Positions 59,002 through 64,000 of a DNA stretch of 64,000 nt are shown here, one piece after another (positions within the stretch are counted from its first letter, which is position 1; every line of letters begins with the position of its first letter). The DNA is taken from positions 318,302 to 382,301 of the forward strand of contig RHPI01001946.1 in NCBI GenBank assembly GCA_009103225.1. Reading direction: 5' to 3'. The notes beneath the pieces were generated by a model. The model made no database searches, was not told the origin of the DNA, and saw nothing but the letters and a program-made list of their open reading frames with translations. This DNA is from Chlorokybus atmophyticus. Its lineage: Eukaryota > Plantae > Mesostigma and Chlorokybus algae. The position numbers were made by a program, and so were the translations under genes.

Positions 59002-62000
59002 TGTCATGCCTAGTGCCCACACATAACAGCCTTCATCGGGCATGTCTACATCGAAACCATCGCCCGGCCTACCAGCATACCAACGCGTGCGCGTCTTTGA
59101 CCAGTAGCTGGGTTAAGACTTCGGGATAGCTCACGACCATAGTCTACATAGGCACCGCGCGTAGCTATTCAGTTGTGAGTTCAGTTATAAGTTGTGTTTT
59201 ATATCAAGTGACAATCGCTGTGGAAATAGCCTCGATATAACCGTTAGCTTATGTCCTGAACAATTATGATTTTACTTGTATAAGTAGTCACAGTGTTCAC
59301 CGGATCAGCTGGTGACACTGTGAGTGAGAAAGCCAAGAGCTAAGAGCTAAGAGCTAAGAGCTTGTGAAACGACTTGAACTGCGAACATACCATCCCAGTT
59401 ACCAAGAACCCCTTCACTGTGTGAGAGCCTGTGCATGCTCGTGTGTGCATCGTGCTTATCATCACTGTAAGCTTGGTGTGCCTGATTGCAGTGTGTTTGT
59501 TGGCAACAGTCAGGGCATAGTATCCGCGTGTTGCTTGCTTATTCACCTCACTTAACAGTTTAACACAAACTCCGCTCATGCAAATAACTGTGTAAACAGC
59601 ACTACCTATAGTAGTGGCTTGTTGACTCACAGTGTCACCCTCTTTGCTCAAGTAAGTGCGTTGCATTCTGCACCAGATAGTGCAGTCCGTATCTGGGGAT
59701 ACATCCTTTTGCATACGTTATCATTGTCATTACACAGTGCGCACACAAGCACTAGTGTGGTGAGTGGTAGCAGCAGCAAGACAGGCAGTTGAGCGCAAAC
59801 ACTCTACCCTGCGTACACTTTCAACTGCGGACTAGCTATATGAGCAGGCCCACCCCGTTCTCTCCAATAGACGAGGGTGACCTCAGTGTTGAAGGTATTA
59901 CATGGGTGATGCTTGTATCCGGTCAGCTTGCCCTTCATACAGGAGTCGAGGGTCGAAGGTACCAGGAAGAAGCGCGTGGACTCCATCCTTAGCAGGCGTG
60001 GCTTAGCTTGTTGGAAAGCTCTGGTTGTGAGCTAGACAGCGTAGCTTACAGAACAGCAATCGGCTGAGTATAGCGCACGCGGTGCTTGCCAATATAGACG
60101 TGTGTAGAGACTGGCGTGGTATAAAGCCCAGACTTGTTGCAATGAAGATGAGAGGTCACGATGTAGCATGTGTGCGGATGCTATGGCGGCAATAGCAATC
60201 ATGCTTTTGCGTTGATGTTGTTGGCGTGTCACTTGCACGTGTGTATGTCAATACTCAGCAGCCGGAGCCCAACCTCACCTACGAGCGAACAGCGACGGGA
60301 GCAATGATTGTAGCAGCAGAGGCTCGCATTCTGTCTCCGACTTTACTCTGTTCTTGTCCACTCCTCGGCTCGATGCAACAGTGACGACTACAAGATGGAG
60401 TCTTCCAGCTCAACCACGTCCCTGCGCTTCTCCAGACGTGTTGGCACTACCTCGCTAGACAAATTCATCATCAAGTTCCGCTCCAAGATGCGACAGTAGG
60501 CTCTGAAGAACAAAGACTGATCAGATGAGATCTCTTTTCACATTGCCGCTCATGGATCATGAAGCACATAATGTCCTGAGGTCTGTTGCTGAACTGCATC
60601 GAGTTGATGGCTATGGCGAGCTCGCCAGTACCATGGCATCTGCGTCACTGCATAGTCCAGCAGCCGTCTTTCCACCTGCCACTCCCGCTGCAGTTACCGG
60701 GTTGTCCATAGCGGCAGCCATTGACAGAGCAGAGGAGGAGGAATCTGAGTTGGTCATTGTCAGCTTGACCCCTGCAGAGATCAAGACGGCCGCACGACGG
60801 GCCTGGATTCCGGACCGCTCTGCTGTCATCCATGAGGAACATTAACAACAGCAGTTGAGGTGGGCACACCCATACCTTTGGCAACACCTGGCTCTCGTGC
60901 GGGAGGCAGTGCTTTTACCCATGGGTCAGTTGCACTGCGCGCACTAGCCATCACTTTAGGTGCTGCCATCTCTAACTCTCCACTCAAAGATCTATACGCT
61001 GCACCTCGTCGCACCTTCCCGCCGCAGACCACGAGCAAAGTGGAAGAGTTGAGGCCGTTCCGACGCAAGCCCAATGAGGACCCTCTACGCCTGTACACCA
61101 GCCTGGAAGGTCTGTTGAAGGACACTGACTACAAGATTGTCAGTGACGAGGCTGCTGCAGTGGTATTTGTCAATGAGTTGGATGCCACCCTGAGCGAGTC
61201 GACGCACCTGACCCTGAACTACAGCAGACCCCTTAGCTACACGCTCATGAACGCTTTCGAGACTGCACAAGCCATCCACAAGCGCTTGGTATATGAAAAG
61301 GCAGTGCTGGACACCAACCGCAGCGCCTCATGGCCTATAGCCAGCACAACTGTCGAGCCTCCTTGCCGCGAACGTGACCTGGACGCTCCACCAGCGCGCA
61401 ACAAAGGGAAACGGTCGGCGCATATTGCCTTGCCTGCCCCTGTGCCGTGTCATCGCTGTGGACGGCATGGGCACTATTAAAAGGAGTGCACCGAAGAGTA
61501 CTCGACTCTGATCTGCGACTACTGTCACAAGACAGGCCACTTGGAGTCAGTCTGTTGGGTCAAGTTCCCTGAGTTGGGACCCGTCAACAGCTACAACAGC
61601 AACAACACTGGAGGCCACAACGGCAACAACTCTGGTGGCTACAACAGTAATCACACCGAAAGCCATAACAACACCAAGAACTATGCCAACACTTGCAAGG
61701 AAGAGCAAGGCTATAGGGGGAAGAATCGCCCTCTTCAGCGTAAGGGATTGGAAGAACGTCCGCGCGCTGCTGCTGTTGCCGCCAAGGCTCCCGCCAACCC
61801 GCCAGCTGATGACCATATGGCTGCCCTCATGGCGCGTATGGCATGCTTGGAGGAAGACAAGGAGGAGGACTACCGCGCATGTTGCTCTGCCCGGTGGGCA
61901 CTGATGGCTCCAAAGCACGAGAGACACCAGCACTCCATCACGTTTTTAACCTACCCAACGAGTTCAAGGGGAAGCCGCGACATCGTCAGCAGCTGCCTCC

Positions 62001-64000
62001 TCTGAAGTCACCAGTGGTACTGCACCAGCAGCAACAGTTACACCGGCTACGACGTTGACTCCGTCAATGTCAGCAGCAACTTCTCTAATTTCACCAGAAG
62101 TTGCTATTATTGTGAGCACCGTAACGCCACCACTGGTGAACACGCTAGCAACAGCCACTGCTGTCACCGACCCTGCAGCAATAGGTCGCGCCGGTCTCGC
62201 TCCAATTGTAGAGCCACCTGTGTCAGCAAGCGTTGAGACCACCCTCGCGCCATTGCGCGGCACGCTCGCCACCATCGGCAGTGCTATTATCGAGCCTGCT
62301 GCCACCGTAGCGACACGCGCAGCTACACTGCCCGCCCTCGACGTCAATCAAGCTGTCCCGCGAGGTCAGCAAGCTGAGCGTGCTTGGGAAACCATCATGC
62401 GTGGAGCAGATCCCACCACCATTGCTTTTGGGCGCGGAGGGGAGCGCACAACACGCGTTGAACGCAGTGACCGAGTCTTCCCACTGCATGAATATTACGC
62501 GCTGTCAGAACAACGGCAATCGGAGGATGAAATCCTCGCCGGCACGGCGCCACCTATGCGAGACCGTGTCTTCTTAGTCAGAACACCTGTTATACGGGAG
62601 TTGGCACTACAGTTGTTCTGGACTCTGCATAACGACATGCAGACGGCGCCACGCCAACCCGCACCAGTCCGTCATGAACCCTTTAAGCCCAGCCCACTGG
62701 ACACGTATTGGGACCGGCAACCCAACGTACAGCAGCATATCGCTAATACAGCCGACATGCCTCTGAGTGACAACGAAGCACTGAGGCCCCTCAATACCGT
62801 TCGACTTCATGAGCGCTACACCGCGCTGGAACAGGCGTTCAACTGCCGACAGGACCAAGCAGCAGCAATCAACACAAGAGCGCACGCCCTTGTTAATGCT
62901 CGCGCTGGCGTTCCTCAACCCACAGTCGCTGGCCCATTATCCAGTACGACACCTCTCGTTTGTGGGCCCAACATTGACCAGACGAGGGCGCTTGCCCAAC
63001 AAACCAAGGGGGTGATCGCCCCGCTGCTACCCGCTTTGTTGGAAGACTTGCCTGAAGATCAACGGAATTCCGGGAGAGGCTACCTCACACCGCAAGGGTG
63101 GACACAACGAGATGGAGCAGGTTCAATTGAGGAACAGCAACTTCGCACTGCCTTATTGCAACCAGCAACCATGCTGCACGGACAAGAAGGCATTGGCCTT
63201 TGACGGATATTGGGGATGCGGGAAGGTGGTAATGCAGCTCGAGCAAGACTGGTGACTTGGCTAGTCACCAACCACCTCGCAGCTCCCCTGTTCGCGTTCG
63301 GCACCAAATTGTTTTGGTTGGACGCCTTCCTGCGTTTGCTACGGCAAGCCTATGACGAGGTTGCCTCGACAGCCATTGACACCTTGGAAGGAGCACAAGA
63401 GGCCATACTGCGGTTGCCAGGGGTGGAAGCAGCGCGGCAACGCAGACGCATCGCAGCTGCTTATGAGCAGCATGTCCACCAGCCAGAGATTTACCTCACT
63501 GGGCGCGAGCAACAACGGTGTTGGAGGTGGGAGTGGTCAATGGCAGGTGGGATGCCTACATGGCAGGGATCGTATGAGTTCCCATCATCACCCACGACAT
63601 AAGAGCGCGGCTCCTGCGCGCAGTGTATCTCCAACCAATGCCTCAGAATCGCCGCTGGAGTGACGTAGTCAACAACCCAACAGCCACATGGGAAGGTACA
63701 CTAGTCAGGGAGGCAGCTCATGCAGTACGCTGGACTTATGTGGAAGCACAGGTTGCACGGGAGGCGGGCCCATAAACACCCGGTCCTCCAGGGTTTCTAC
63801 ACTAGCCATTGGCTACGCCGCCAGGAATGACCCCGGCCACACATAGGTGCAATCCCCCCGCGCCGCAACCAGGGCAGCCACAGGCAGCACCGCCAGCACC
63901 CAGGCCACATCGTGTTTATCAACAGCCAAGACAAAGACGGTTTGGGCCAGGCCGCGGTCAACAAGGCGCTGGAGACCCAGCTGGTCGAGGGGCGCTTGCC
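59002..64000 (+). mobile_element. Second copy of the split-direct-repeat Gypsy-type family, truncated by the window end
   Basis: Starts TGTCATGCC at 59002; repeat A to 59625; Gag with CCHC knuckles CHRCGRHGHY*KEC and CDYCHKTGHLESVC; long downstream ORF 62055-63600 homologous to 20400-22000. Confidence 0.9.
59887..60253 (+). mobile_element. Solo LTR (367 bp) nested in retroelement copy 2
   Basis: TGTTGA...TCAATA termini, perfect 5-bp TSD CTCAG (59882-59886, 60254-60258); absent from copy 1 at ~18460. Confidence 0.88.

Noticed and set aside
1-64000. rRNA, tRNA or structured ncRNA genes
   Set aside because: None recognised by eye; a covariance-model scan was not possible.

Overview
Eukaryotic, intron-rich nuclear DNA, inferred to be from an early-diverging flagellate streptophyte alga (plant-type TOR and 14-3-3, a Chibby-like basal-body gene, a charophyte-type DNMT retrotransposon); the species cannot be fixed from sequence alone. 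Host genes: a 5'-partial protein with curlin-like 23-aa periodicity (122-1489, +), 14-3-3 (-) head-to-head with TOR kinase (+), an SH3-fused NADPH oxidase (+), a Kelch/IQ protein (-), Chibby (+) and a LEA protein (-). Mobile DNA: a decayed 13.7-kb Ty3/Gypsy-type element (17565-31231) encoding Gag, protease, a C5 DNA methyltransferase, RT/RNase H, DDE integrase and a PHD finger; a second copy starting at 59002 and running off the window; three nested solo LTRs; a pogo/Tc2-like DD35D transposon with a related MITE; a ~0.9-kb satellite; and several perfect palindromes. The most unusual signal is the retroelement's terminal structure: split direct repeats (A...B-A-B) with TG...CA outer ends and an internal CA-gc-TG palindromic junction, an arrangement known from tyrosine-recombinase retroelements, yet here paired with a DDE integrase. 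All gene models and alignments were made by eye, so coordinates of decayed domains are approximate.
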